Shown here: in pieces, positions 8,186-17,214 of the stretch
Position numbering within the stretch: position 1 is the first letter of the stretch
Layout of the letters: each line of letters starts with the position of its first letter
DNA from: an uncultured virus (IMG/VR IMGVR_UViG_3300029922_000037)
Lineage: Duplodnaviria > Heunggongvirae > Uroviricota > Caudoviricetes
Reading direction: 5' to 3' (one strand)
Length of the DNA: 64,000 bases
IMG/VR virus record: IMGVR_UViG_3300029922_000037
Translations under genes and position numbers: made by a program
The notes under the pieces: generated by a model
Database searches by the model: none
What the model saw: the letters and a program-made list of their open reading frames with translations, nothing else
Told to the model about the DNA's origin: nothing

Positions 8186-8406
8186 CCTTCATTTCATACT
8201 ATCGCCAAGCCGCTTGGCATGTCTTCAGCAGCGTCATCGTGCAGGTTGGTATGGTGCTTATGCAGATATTGATTCTCGCTCTGTTGATGGCTCGGTGCAC
8301 GTTGCTACCTATCACGGCGGCGCTGATGGCGTTCGACCTCATCGACAAAGACGCGGCGGCGCGCCGGTACGACAGCCTACTCGAAGAGGACCACACAGAA
8401 TGGTGA
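8182..8406 (+). CDS. small membrane protein
   Basis: Long hydrophobic stretch; coupled start. Confidence 0.5.
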   Translation: MTFISYYRQAAWHVFSSVIVQVGMVLMQILILALLMARCTLLPITAALMAFDLIDKDAAARRYDSLLEEDHTEW

Positions 8407-8570
8407 CCGCGATTGAAGCCAAGATCAACGAACTCGCGGCGGCGCTTGTGGCGGCAGGTAAATTTCCAGATATCGCCAGCGCCCGCGCCGATGTCCGCCA
8501 CCGCCTCGGCGCTGTCATCGAACCCGAGACGCTGGCAAAACGATTTGAACCCGGGTATCCGCTCGGGTAA
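8400..8570 (+). CDS. hypothetical protein
   Basis: GAGG RBS; MVTAIEAKINELAAAL. Confidence 0.5.
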   Translation: MVTAIEAKINELAAALVAAGKFPDIASARADVRHRLGAVIEPETLAKRFEPGYPLG

Positions 8571-8609
8571 CCGCATCGGCGCGGCACGCCGGAATTATTG
8601 GAGATACAC

Positions 8610-8942
8610 ATGGCAAAGGCACCACAAAAAGTATTGAGACCGTTATTGGATCGCGAAGACCGTCACTCGCCATCGCCATCGGAGTCAGGGCTGGCACCAT
8701 TGAACGAAATCCCAAGTCGTCTTCAGGAAATTTCAAACGAATTGAGCGATCTCGAAGACGCTGCCGGGTCACTGGTGCAGAAGATCATGCCGGTTTTGCG
8801 TGATATGAGCAGCGATAAAGCGCTGGGCGTTGATAATCCGCCATCTCAATCGGCGCTTGGTGCCCAACTGCAGGATCTCATCTTCCGCATTGGATGTCTC
8901 ACACAACGCATGCGCGACGCCAGCAACCGCGTCGAACTGTAA
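8610..8942 (+). CDS. coiled-coil hypothetical protein
   Basis: GGAG RBS; heptad-like pattern. Confidence 0.65.
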   Translation: MAKAPQKVLRPLLDREDRHSPSPSESGLAPLNEIPSRLQEISNELSDLEDAAGSLVQKIMPVLRDMSSDKALGVDNPPSQSALGAQLQDLIFRIGCLTQRMRDASNRVEL

Positions 8943-8981
8943 CCCGAGCCGGCGGCTGCCGGCATCACCACAGGAGCAATA

Positions 8982-9368
8982 ATGATAGAACCAACCGTCG
9001 GCCGCAAAGTATGGTATCGGCCAAAATTGTGCTTTTCCGCGTTTCCGCCAAAGTTAAGCGATGACAATAAACCTGTTATGGCGCACGATCAACCATTCGA
9101 CGCCACGGTATTGCATGTCAATGACGATGGCACAATCAATGTTCTGGTCTGCAACGAGATCGGTGCGCAGATGGGCCTGACAGACATCGTTCTCGCCCAA
9201 GACCGTCCCGCTGAACCCGGCGAGTGCGAGTGGATGCCATATCAGGTTGGACAGGCAAAGACTCAACCTGCTGCGGTTCCAGTCCTTGAGGCTGGGTGTA
9301 CTGGCGGATGCAAAGGCCATTGCCACACCAGTCCTGGACCGGTTCACGATGGCACAGACGCTGCCTGA
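8982..9368 (+). CDS. hypothetical phage protein
   Basis: AGGAG RBS; MIEPTVGRKVWY...EWMPYQ. Confidence 0.75.
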   Translation: MIEPTVGRKVWYRPKLCFSAFPPKLSDDNKPVMAHDQPFDATVLHVNDDGTINVLVCNEIGAQMGLTDIVLAQDRPAEPGECEWMPYQVGQAKTQPAAVPVLEAGCTGGCKGHCHTSPGPVHDGTDAA

Positions 9369-9447
9369 CACAGCAAAAAATCCACTCTCATTGATAGTGA
9401 TAGTACATTGAGAGTCTTGATAGTGTGCATGAGAGTGGATATCCAAC

Positions 9448-10098
9448 ATGAGCGCGCCGAAAAATGCGGAAAAGTTGGCGGTAAAGATTGCAATCAGTGA
9501 ACACCTGAAACTGTATGGTCCGCGGGAATGGCCTGATTTTTTCGACAAATATCCAAATGTTTCAAAAGCGTCGATGTGGCGCTGGATCAAAGAGGTCAAA
9601 GACGATCTGGAGCGCGCCACCATCGACGGCGGCATGGACCTGAAGTTGATGCAGAAGCGGATTCGGTCGAACGCCAGCCCAGAACGATCTTCCCGAGAAC
9701 TCAAAAAGCATATCCCAGTCGCGCCATCGCCAGCCGGGCTGGTCGGTCTCGGTTCCGAGAATGTTGGCGAAGTATTCATATTCCTTGAGCAATTCAACGA
9801 ACTCGTGCGCGACATGAAAATGCTGCGCAAGCACTCCGTCGAGTTGCAGGCGGACGGTGAAGAAAAGATCAAGAACCCGATGCTGTTCGACCGCAGTCTT
9901 GGGCGGCGCCTGGAATTGCTTGAAACCTGGCTGCACTCGCAGGATATGGTTTGGAACCTGGAGCGCATGCAAGAACTTTACATGATGATAATAGAAGAGG
10001 TCGGCAAGGTCGACGCCGATACCCAGCAGGCGATACTCTCGCGCATCCGCACGCTCAACAACAAGCGCGGGCTCACCATTGACGCGAGGTTGTACTGA
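9448..10098 (+). CDS. probable terminase small subunit
   Basis: N-terminal HTH (VSKASMWRWIKE), helical, coupled to terL. Confidence 0.6.
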   Translation: MSAPKNAEKLAVKIAISEHLKLYGPREWPDFFDKYPNVSKASMWRWIKEVKDDLERATIDGGMDLKLMQKRIRSNASPERSSRELKKHIPVAPSPAGLVGLGSENVGEVFIFLEQFNELVRDMKMLRKHSVELQADGEEKIKNPMLFDRSLGRRLELLETWLHSQDMVWNLERMQELYMMIIEEVGKVDADTQQAILSRIRTLNNKRGLTIDARLY

Positions 10099-12152
10099 TG
10101 GGGCGCGTCGCAAAAGTGAAGCGGTTCGATCCGGCGGCGTCGCTGGACGAGTTGATATCCAGGTTGGAGGTTCATACTGGATACAAAGTACCCAGCACCA
10201 CCGTTATCCCAGATGGCATGGGTTTCCGGGAATGGTGCGGCGGCCTCGCGCACGATGGCCTGAAGGTCGACGGAAAACCGTTTCGTCTTGATAACCGACC
10301 CGCCATGGCATGGGTCTACGACCAGATCCCCACCACCGCCGATGAGGCGTACCGTTATATTCTTGTCATCATGAAGTGCGCCCAGGTCGGTTTCACCGTG
10401 ATGGAGATCCTGGCCGCTTTGTACCTCGGGCTCAAGTTTGGGCCCTGCACCGTCGGCATGTTCCTGCCCGACATGAATCTTGCTGGCATCAAGTCGACCG
10501 AGCGCTTCATGCCGATCGTGCGCAGTATACCCTCGGTTCATGCCATGATGCGCCAGGATGCTGCGGACGGCAGCGGGCGCAAGGCCGGCGAGGGCAATGT
10601 CACCAAGCGGCGGCTCAACGATGCCCTCTATGTTTTCAGCTGGACGAGTGGTCGCGCCACGACGGAGTCCATCCCGATGGACGTCCTCAACTTCGACGAG
10701 GTCCAGGAGATGACACTGGACCAGATCGAGAAGACGTACGAACGGCTCAGCGCGTCTGAAGTGCGGTTCATGTTGATGGGAAGCACGGCCAATTGGCCAG
10801 AGAGTGACATCCACCACTGGTATCTGCGCGGCAGCCAACACCGGTTCCATACGTCTTGCCAAACATGCGGTACCGCGCGGCCGCTGGACGATTATTTCCC
10901 TGCTTGCATCAAGTTCGATACGGGACAGGACCGCTACCGGTATGTCTGCCAGAACGGCCATTGGATCGATGACCCGCAGATCGGGGAATGGCGCGCTGAT
11001 GCGCCGCACCAGGACAAGACACTCGAGCTGGAAGTATCCAAAATAAACCGGCGCCAGCGCATCCGATCGCTTCACTTCCCGCAATTCCTGTCGCCGACGA
11101 TCAGCCCGGACGAAATTATCACCTCGTACGGCAGCGCGACCGACATGAAGAATTTCTTCAATCGCAAGCTGGGCAAGCCATTTCTAGATCCGTCGCAGGT
11201 TCCCGTCACGCTGGAGCACTGCGCTGCGTGCGTGGCCGCCGGCGCGCTGATCGGCTTGATGTGGAAGACGCGCGCGCGCAACACGTACATGGGCATCGAT
11301 CAGATGGGCCAGTACAACGTGCATGTCATCAAGGAGCGGCTTCCTGACGGTCGACAGGCTGTTGTGCATGTCGAGGAAACCTACAGCGAAGATCCTTTCG
11401 CGCGATCGAGCGAGTTGATGGAGTTGTACGGCGTGTCGGTCTGCGTGGTCGAAATAAATCCGAACTACAACGAGGCAAAGAGGTTCGCGAACCGGCACCG
11501 TGGCAAGGTCTTCATCTGCAATAGCTTCGGCGCCATTGAAGAGGGGATGATCCAGTGGGGCGACGCGCCCAAGTTGGATGTCTCTGACCGGCGCACAACC
11601 GAAGAGGACCGCGATCGCTACACGCTCAAGATGGACCAATACAAGTGCATGCAGGTCAGCATGGCTCGCATCACCGGTGCGCTATGCCTATTCCCGGATC
11701 CGCAGGGGCTTGTGCAAGAGGTTTTGAAAGACGGGAAGAAACAACTTGCGGCGGTGCTGCCGCGCGTCTTCGCGCACTTCACAAAAACAGCCCTGGTCGC
11801 CGAAAAGGACGATGAAACAAACCGCTTCAAGCGCTCAGTCAAAAAGATAGGTATCGATCCCCATTTCAGCTACGCCAACATGCTGTGTGACGTCGCCTGG
11901 GCGCGCTCACATGGCACGTCTACTTTCCTTATCCCGCAAATGGAAGAAAAAAAGGACCACGTCGTGAAAACTGAGAACATGGGACTTGGAATAATTTCAG
12001 AGACACTAGCTGAGATAAAGGCTGATGCAAATCTGCATCAGCGCTGTGGTGGCTGCACATCGTTTGACCCGGTCGACGGAATGTGCATGGAGAGATGGTT
12101 TAAGGTTCGTGAGCAGGATGCTGGCTGCGCTATCTGGGTAGCTAAGGCTTAG
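10098..12152 (+). CDS. terL: terminase large subunit (GpA-like)
   Basis: MKCAQVGFT Walker A variant, NFDEVQ Walker B, CQTC zinc motif, YMGIDQ nuclease motif. Confidence 0.88.
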   Translation: MGRVAKVKRFDPAASLDELISRLEVHTGYKVPSTTVIPDGMGFREWCGGLAHDGLKVDGKPFRLDNRPAMAWVYDQIPTTADEAYRYILVIMKCAQVGFTVMEILAALYLGLKFGPCTVGMFLPDMNLAGIKSTERFMPIVRSIPSVHAMMRQDAADGSGRKAGEGNVTKRRLNDALYVFSWTSGRATTESIPMDVLNFDEVQEMTLDQIEKTYERLSASEVRFMLMGSTANWPESDIHHWYLRGSQHRFHTSCQTCGTARPLDDYFPACIKFDTGQDRYRYVCQNGHWIDDPQIGEWRADAPHQDKTLELEVSKINRRQRIRSLHFPQFLSPTISPDEIITSYGSATDMKNFFNRKLGKPFLDPSQVPVTLEHCAACVAAGALIGLMWKTRARNTYMGIDQMGQYNVHVIKERLPDGRQAVVHVEETYSEDPFARSSELMELYGVSVCVVEINPNYNEAKRFANRHRGKVFICNSFGAIEEGMIQWGDAPKLDVSDRRTTEEDRDRYTLKMDQYKCMQVSMARITGALCLFPDPQGLVQEVLKDGKKQLAAVLPRVFAHFTKTALVAEKDDETNRFKRSVKKIGIDPHFSYANMLCDVAWARSHGTSTFLIPQMEEKKDHVVKTENMGLGIISETLAEIKADANLHQRCGGCTSFDPVDGMCMERWFKVREQDAGCAIWVAKA

Positions 12153-12418
12153 CACTAACCAAGTCCAACGATGCGGTGTCGCCGCATTGGCGTTCCTTCT
12201 CCGCCAATGCAATACCATACCGCATACCAGCATCAAACGCGGCTCGCGTAACAGCATCATGGTGCGCGACACCGATCAGTTGCGTGTCTCTAAATTTCTG
12301 GTAGGCTTCTTCTGTCACCACATCACCTTATATAGCCAATATAGAACGACGGCCAGCGCACCGACTCCGCAAATTGGAGCTACGATGAATTGTCCGATGG
12401 CTTGGATTATTTCTACTG

Positions 12419-14503
12419 TCATGGTGTTTCCTTTGTTAAGAATTGTTGAATTCTCTGTCCTATGAAAAGCATGCATGGCACCGCCATCGAGTTTCCCAAT
12501 GCCTTGTACCGTGGACCATCGGCTGCCAGCAACCAGTAGTCTCCGTTGATCAGCGTCATCTCTTCTTGGCGGTCGGCGTCAATTAATTCTTGCGCGCGCT
12601 TGACTGAGAGTTTTCTGATTGGGATGTTGGTGTATCCATCTGAGAATCCCTGCAGTCGCTCGCATTCCGTTGGCGTTATTCTGCGCACTGCATAGGATTG
12701 CTGCATGCACTGCACCTCTTGGCGCGCTTCCAGCGTGTAGGCGCAGTCTGTTTGAACACCTACGCCACCTGGGCCGCTGTTGGGATTGGTGCGCAGAGCA
12801 CCGGCTTGGATAGCGTGCGTTATCACCATTGGCGTACCTTGACCTGGTTTTCCGCCGCCGCTATTAAGGCATCCAGTCCGATCACCGTTACCACCTTCAA
12901 GTCGCAGTTCGCCTCGGCTGTTTTCGGCGAACGCCACAGCTAATTGGCCGCCGCCATTAGCATGACTCCCATCATGCCCCATACTCCGTAGTGTCGGCGC
13001 CATCTCAACGGTCGCGTCGCGACCGTTGTCTTTGCAAGAGAACGCGATCATTGGTGCACCGCCGCTAGCGCTATCTGAATTCGTCCCAAGCGTACCCGAG
13101 ATATCGCCTACGTAAAGATTTGATCCTCTGGTTTGGAATGCGATCGTCGACTCGCACGCGTCATCGCACTCCATGCTGCTGCAATCAGGGCAAGTCGGAT
13201 TGCGGTCGTAGTCGTCAATTCCGTATTGGCGTCCGCATTGATGGCAAGTGAAGCGCTGGATGCGGATGCTAGGTATTGGTGCCAACACATGGGCCTTGTC
13301 ACCACCACCACCACCACCACCACCACCACCACCACCACGTAGACAAGTGGCGACATCATCACCGAGTTCGGCCGTTGCGCCGCCTTCGCGGCCACGGAGG
13401 GCGACGGATAGCGCCATCGGTATCAGCATGCCAGACTCGGCATCCTGCTGCGTCGCACTTCCAGCCGCTTTGCCGTTGGCCTGAAGCGTCCCTGCAACTA
13501 TATTTTCTTGGACAATGAACGTTTCCGTATCAAAATCGTTCCTAGTCTTGGTGCTGGTGCTGGTGCTGGTGCTGGTGCTGAGCGGTCCGCTTGTGTTGCC
13601 ACCGCCGAAGGCGACGGGCACGCACATTGCTGGCGATGTACCAGCACCGCGAGTTCTACCTGCCGCTGCGTCAATAGTGCCGGCGCAGAGTTGCAAGTGC
13701 CAAGCTAACGCATGATCTAAGTCAGCCCCGCCATCGCTATTTCTCAGCGTTCCGGTAATGCAGCCCCCCCCGAGTTCAAAGTCGGTTCCAAGTCCACCAC
13801 CGCCTGTAGTGCGGCTGCTAATTGTGCCGGTAACTTCTTGCCCCGTTTTTCTGCTCGGCGGATGATCCCGGCGCATGCCATCGCGCTCAAAAAGTATTTC
13901 TGTGGGATCGAACTCTTTTCGAGCACTTGCGACAACGAACACACGCTCGCGTCGTTGGGCCACGCCGAAATATTGTGCATCGCAGATCCGCCAAGCGATT
14001 GAGCGGACGGGTCCAAACACACAACCAGCGTTCGACCATTTTCCCCCTGGCGCTGTGAGCGGCCGATCTTCGCCGGCAAGCGCTCCCAGAAAGCAGCCGA
14101 AGGCGTTGTCTGCTGTACTGAGGACTCCGGGCACATTTTCCCAGACAACGATAGCGGGAGGCTTCCCCCGAACAAGTCTTGATTCATCGATGGTATCCGC
14201 AAGTTTTACAAAGGCAAGTGTGAGTTGGCCACGCGCATCTTCCATGCTACCGCGCAGACCCGCGATCGAGAATGCCTGACATGGCGTTCCTCCAACAAGT
14301 ACATCTGGCGCTTCGACTTCGCCAGCGCGCACTCGCGCTGCGATGGCTGTCATATCTCCCAGATTCGGCACGTCCGGATAGTGATGCGCAAGCACGGCAG
14401 ATGGGAATTTCTCGATTTCTGCAAACCAATCTGCTTCCCACCCAAGAGGATGCCATGCGCACGTAGCTGCCTCGATGCCGCTACACACCGACCCGTATCT
14501 CAT
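12419..14503 (-). CDS. C5-cytosine DNA methyltransferase with a long modular variable region
   Basis: YGSVCSGIEA (I), GGTPCQAFS (IV), WENVPG (VI), QRRERVF (VIII), RRITPTECERLQGF (IX), YKALGNS (X); start at MRYGS 14503. Confidence 0.93.
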   Translation of the reverse strand: MRYGSVCSGIEAATCAWHPLGWEADWFAEIEKFPSAVLAHHYPDVPNLGDMTAIAARVRAGEVEAPDVLVGGTPCQAFSIAGLRGSMEDARGQLTLAFVKLADTIDESRLVRGKPPAIVVWENVPGVLSTADNAFGCFLGALAGEDRPLTAPGGKWSNAGCVFGPVRSIAWRICDAQYFGVAQRRERVFVVASARKEFDPTEILFERDGMRRDHPPSRKTGQEVTGTISSRTTGGGGLGTDFELGGGCITGTLRNSDGGADLDHALAWHLQLCAGTIDAAAGRTRGAGTSPAMCVPVAFGGGNTSGPLSTSTSTSTSTKTRNDFDTETFIVQENIVAGTLQANGKAAGSATQQDAESGMLIPMALSVALRGREGGATAELGDDVATCLRGGGGGGGGGGGGDKAHVLAPIPSIRIQRFTCHQCGRQYGIDDYDRNPTCPDCSSMECDDACESTIAFQTRGSNLYVGDISGTLGTNSDSASGGAPMIAFSCKDNGRDATVEMAPTLRSMGHDGSHANGGGQLAVAFAENSRGELRLEGGNGDRTGCLNSGGGKPGQGTPMVITHAIQAGALRTNPNSGPGGVGVQTDCAYTLEARQEVQCMQQSYAVRRITPTECERLQGFSDGYTNIPIRKLSVKRAQELIDADRQEEMTLINGDYWLLAADGPRYKALGNSMAVPCMLFIGQRIQQFLTKETP
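13301..13336 (-). repeat. (GGT)12 simple sequence repeat encoding poly-Gly
   Basis: Perfect trinucleotide run. Confidence 0.95.
13550..13579 (-). repeat. (AGCACC)5 repeat encoding (Ser-Thr)5
   Basis: Perfect hexanucleotide run. Confidence 0.95.
13744..14187 (-). CDS. alternative-frame nested ORF, M.EcoHK31I beta-subunit-like
   Basis: SLSGKMCPESS...WPNDASVCSLSQVLE...KYFLS..AC.GIIRRAEKRGKKLP. Confidence 0.65.
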   Translation of the reverse strand: MNQDLFGGSLPLSLSGKMCPESSVQQTTPSAAFWERLPAKIGRSQRQGENGRTLVVCLDPSAQSLGGSAMHNISAWPNDASVCSLSQVLEKSSIPQKYFLSAMACAGIIRRAEKRGKKLPAQLAAALQAVVDLEPTLNSGGAALPER

Positions 14504-14555
14504 GCAGCCGCCAGTTGAACCTCCCCACGGATAAATCCGGGGATTCCGGTCGGAG

Positions 14556-15608
14556 TTATGCGACATTGCGTAACTCCTGATTCGCGGCACATCCCATGCC
14601 GGACAAGAGGGTGTTTACGGCAGCATTTACGTCTCTGTCGTGGCGGACTCCACATCCACATTCCCAATGTCTTACTGATAGTCCTGCCCATCCTTGCGGC
14701 CCGGTTAAAGCTCCGCATGACGAACAAGTCCTAGTGGAATTACGGGAAACGACTTCGATGTATTGAGTACCGCTTTGAATGCTCTTGTAACTCAACATTG
14801 ACCGAAGTTGAGCATGCCCACTGCTGGATACGCTCTTCCCAAACTTCTTTGCTATCCCCTTGATGTTGTCCTTCGAGAAAACGATCAAGGTATTCTCTTG
14901 CACCAGTCGCAGCGATAGCTTGTGATTCCTGTCTTTGCGCTGGTTCTTGATGCGCTCATGCAATCTCGCTACCTGCTTGCGATTGAGGCCGCGCTGTGCC
15001 TGTCCTAGGCGATCTAGCGAGGCTTGCAACTCCTTCGGGTGCGGTACCTTCTCGCCGTCAGAAGTGGTGATTAAATCTTTAAAGCCGGGGTCTATCCCGA
15101 TCATGCCGTCCGCCGTGCGCTGGATAGGTTTGCGCTCCGCATCAATGAACAGGCACAGATACCAGCCGGAAGCGCGCTTGATGATGCGTCCGCACTTGAT
15201 CTTGCCTTTCGGTATGTCCTGCTTATGGAAGCGCAACAACCCGATACCGGGCAGTTTGATGTGGTTTCCTTCCTGCGACTTTATGGGGTCAGGGAACGGG
15301 ATTGAATTGAGTTTGTTGCGCATTCCTTTTAGCTTCGGCTTTCCGCCGATCTTTTTGAAGCATCTTGACCATGCCGTGTGAACCTGCGCCAACATGCCCT
15401 GTACCGTGTGACTCGGTATGTCGATCTTCTTCCCGTGGTCGGCAAGGATATTCTGAAAGTCCATGCCGGTATAGTAAATCCCATCCTTCGCATCAAGTTC
15501 GATCTTGCGCACGGCGAAATTATGAACCGCAGTCAAAGACCACAGCCAATCGTTAAGCTGCACTTCTTTATTGGCGCTTAACCTGAGTTTTACTTGTGCC
15601 TGAATCAT
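14556..15608 (-). CDS. tnpB: TnpB RNA-guided nuclease family protein (atypical RuvC-II)
   Basis: Same motifs as 62-1114. Confidence 0.95.
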   Translation of the reverse strand: MIQAQVKLRLSANKEVQLNDWLWSLTAVHNFAVRKIELDAKDGIYYTGMDFQNILADHGKKIDIPSHTVQGMLAQVHTAWSRCFKKIGGKPKLKGMRNKLNSIPFPDPIKSQEGNHIKLPGIGLLRFHKQDIPKGKIKCGRIIKRASGWYLCLFIDAERKPIQRTADGMIGIDPGFKDLITTSDGEKVPHPKELQASLDRLGQAQRGLNRKQVARLHERIKNQRKDRNHKLSLRLVQENTLIVFSKDNIKGIAKKFGKSVSSSGHAQLRSMLSYKSIQSGTQYIEVVSRNSTRTCSSCGALTGPQGWAGLSVRHWECGCGVRHDRDVNAAVNTLLSGMGCAANQELRNVA

Positions 15609-16000
15609 GCTGATTTTTGCTGTTCGATGTACTGCTTGATAATCGCCAATGGCGCACCACCTACAGTCGCTACAAAATATGAGTTAGTCCACAGCGTGGG
15701 CAGTCTGGATTTAAGGCTTTTGAACTCTTGGCGAAGAAGCCTTGACGACCTCCCTTTGATGCGCTTTACCAGCCGATGAATCCCGAATTGAGGGTCAACC
15801 TCGACAAGCAAATGAATGTGATCCGGCATCGTTTCCATTTCGATTATTCCCGCCCCAAGCTCACCGCACACCTCGCGGACAATCTGCTTTAACCGCAACT
15901 CAATATCACCAACGATCACGCTGCGCCGATATTTCGGACACCACACAACATGATACTTGCTCGAAAAAACGATGTTGTTATTTGACTTGAACTTATCCAT
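15605..16000 (-). CDS. tnpA: IS200/IS605 Y1 transposase
   Basis: YHVVWCPKYRR, PDHIHLL (HUH), LWTNSYF, KQYIEQQ (catalytic Tyr). Confidence 0.97.
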   Translation of the reverse strand: MDKFKSNNNIVFSSKYHVVWCPKYRRSVIVGDIELRLKQIVREVCGELGAGIIEMETMPDHIHLLVEVDPQFGIHRLVKRIKGRSSRLLRQEFKSLKSRLPTLWTNSYFVATVGGAPLAIIKQYIEQQKSA

Positions 16001-16061
16001 GCCGACAATATACAGGTTATAGCAAAATAGTCAAGAGCAATCGCTCACCCCATAGATAAAT

Positions 16062-16538
16062 CTAGGGGATTGCGCTCACACTCTGTTCAAAAACCACGCC
16101 ATCGTCAATGCGCTGGCGTATCTCGGCAATGGCCGCACGCAAGTCAGCCCGCGTTGCATTCTCAATCTGCGCTTCATGGATCTCGAATGCGCGCTTGATG
16201 GCGGTCATGGCGGCGCCGTCGTATCCCCATGCCCCAGTGCGTTGCGCCCGCACGCGGGCACGGAACGCACCTTCGAGCGCTGCGTTGATGTCGTCAACGA
16301 AGTGTTGGCCAAATCCGCGCTCTGCCAGGATCAGCGCGATATTGAGCGCGACCGTACACGTCGACCACTGCTGCTCATCGGCGTGGCCGGTGATCATGAG
16401 GTCGAAGGCGATGCGGAATGCGATCGAGAGATCGGCGATCTGATCATCTGCCAACGGAACCGCGTTCTCGCGCGCACGCTGGAATGATGCAGTGCGCTGG
16501 GCGGCTTTGTTGGGGTTGTAGGGTTTGCGTTTGCTCAT
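16062..16538 (-). CDS. hypothetical phage protein; last codons replaced by the IS left end
   Basis: Start MSKRKPY overlaps the upstream stop. Confidence 0.75.
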   Translation of the reverse strand: MSKRKPYNPNKAAQRTASFQRARENAVPLADDQIADLSIAFRIAFDLMITGHADEQQWSTCTVALNIALILAERGFGQHFVDDINAALEGAFRARVRAQRTGAWGYDGAAMTAIKRAFEIHEAQIENATRADLRAAIAEIRQRIDDGVVFEQSVSAIP

Positions 16539-16867
16539 GAATTTGCTACCTCCAACAGCACATCGGCATGGCACAATTCGCCGACCTTACACCAGCATGC
16601 AAGATTCTTACCGCGAAGTTCAGTTTTTGCCAAGGCCGCAATTTCTTTACCGCGTTCGTTCAGTTCAAGCCAGTAGCGATAGCATTCAACGGCATCCTCA
16701 ATGGTCGGTACTGCGATATAATTTGGACCGACCATTGTCCCAACTGCCTGCAACGGCGCCACGCTAAATGGATTTCCCCATTGCGATGGCCGTGTCACGC
16801 AGACTGTATTCGGCGGTAATATCCAGCCTTTTGACCGTTTTCTTTGAGTTCTGATCGGTGTATTCAT
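16535..16867 (-). CDS. DUF4326 family protein
   Basis: VTRPSQWGNPF...LRGKNLACWC....CHADVLLE. Confidence 0.9.
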   Translation of the reverse strand: MNTPIRTQRKRSKGWILPPNTVCVTRPSQWGNPFSVAPLQAVGTMVGPNYIAVPTIEDAVECYRYWLELNERGKEIAALAKTELRGKNLACWCKVGELCHADVLLEVANS

Positions 16868-16908
16868 GCCATCAATATTAACCTAAATTGATTATTTTGT
16901 GCTGGAAT

Positions 16909-16922
16909 CGTGACACTATATT
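16909..16922 (+). promoter_or_regulatory. CGTGAY-N3-A-N3-T promoter motif
   Basis: CGTGACactAtatT, 6 nt before ATG 16929. Confidence 0.55.
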
Positions 16923-16928
16923 TGATGA

Positions 16929-17138
16929 ATGGACGCCATCGAAGCATTACGCCTCATCGCCGAACTCGACAAACCGCTCGAAGCGACTTCGCCTAACGAC
17001 TGGCGGCGGCGTGTGCAGTTGATTGCGCGGATTGCACTTGGGGTAACAGAGAGTCCAATTGCATACGGGCGAGTTGAAGACGCAGGTCAACAATCTCCGC
17101 TTCCGCCTTCTCCAAATTGTCATGCAGCTTGTGATTGA
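16929..17138 (+). CDS. small protein antisense to the leftward operon
   Basis: Promoter motif at exact leaderless spacing. Confidence 0.45.
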   Translation: MDAIEALRLIAELDKPLEATSPNDWRRRVQLIARIALGVTESPIAYGRVEDAGQQSPLPPSPNCHAACD

Positions 17139-17214
17139 TCTTCATCTGGACTGAGAGCATTGCCTCGGCGTCGATGGCGCGCTTCTCCAGCGCTTGTTGC
17201 GTTGTGGTGTTCAT
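16993..17214 (-). CDS. coiled-coil hypothetical protein
   Basis: ATGA-coupled to the upstream ORF. Confidence 0.55.
   Translation of the reverse strand: MNTTTQQALEKRAIDAEAMLSVQMKINHKLHDNLEKAEAEIVDLRLQLARMQLDSLLPQVQSAQSTAHAAASR

Larger units (their letters stand above)
14515..16085 (-). mobile_element. complete IS200/IS605 element (tnpA+tnpB) inserted 3' of TTGAA
   Basis: Left-end hairpin CCCCTAGATTTATCTATGGGG; right-end hairpin plus GTTCAA; excision restores GVVFE-LAAA* overlapping the methylase ATG. Confidence 0.92.

Noticed and set aside
9054..11084. Long minus-strand ORFs opposite the terminase genes (likewise 19417-20577, 21877-22887, 35652-38363, 42073-42960, 51870-52838)
   Set aside because: Shadow ORFs of GC-rich genes, with no recognisable motifs or translation signals, unlike the HNH ORF.
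13108..13715. Poly-His, poly-Pro, poly-Thr and poly-Val ORFs
   Set aside because: Alternative readings of the two microsatellites in the methylase gene.
14504..14590. N-terminal extension of the C5 methylase in the ORF track
   Set aside because: It lies mostly within the IS right end; motif I starts at MRYGS (14503).
62..15608. The tnpB duplication as a terminal repeat or assembly artefact
   Set aside because: The copies have different flanks, several substitutions and different left-end structure, consistent with two independent insertions.
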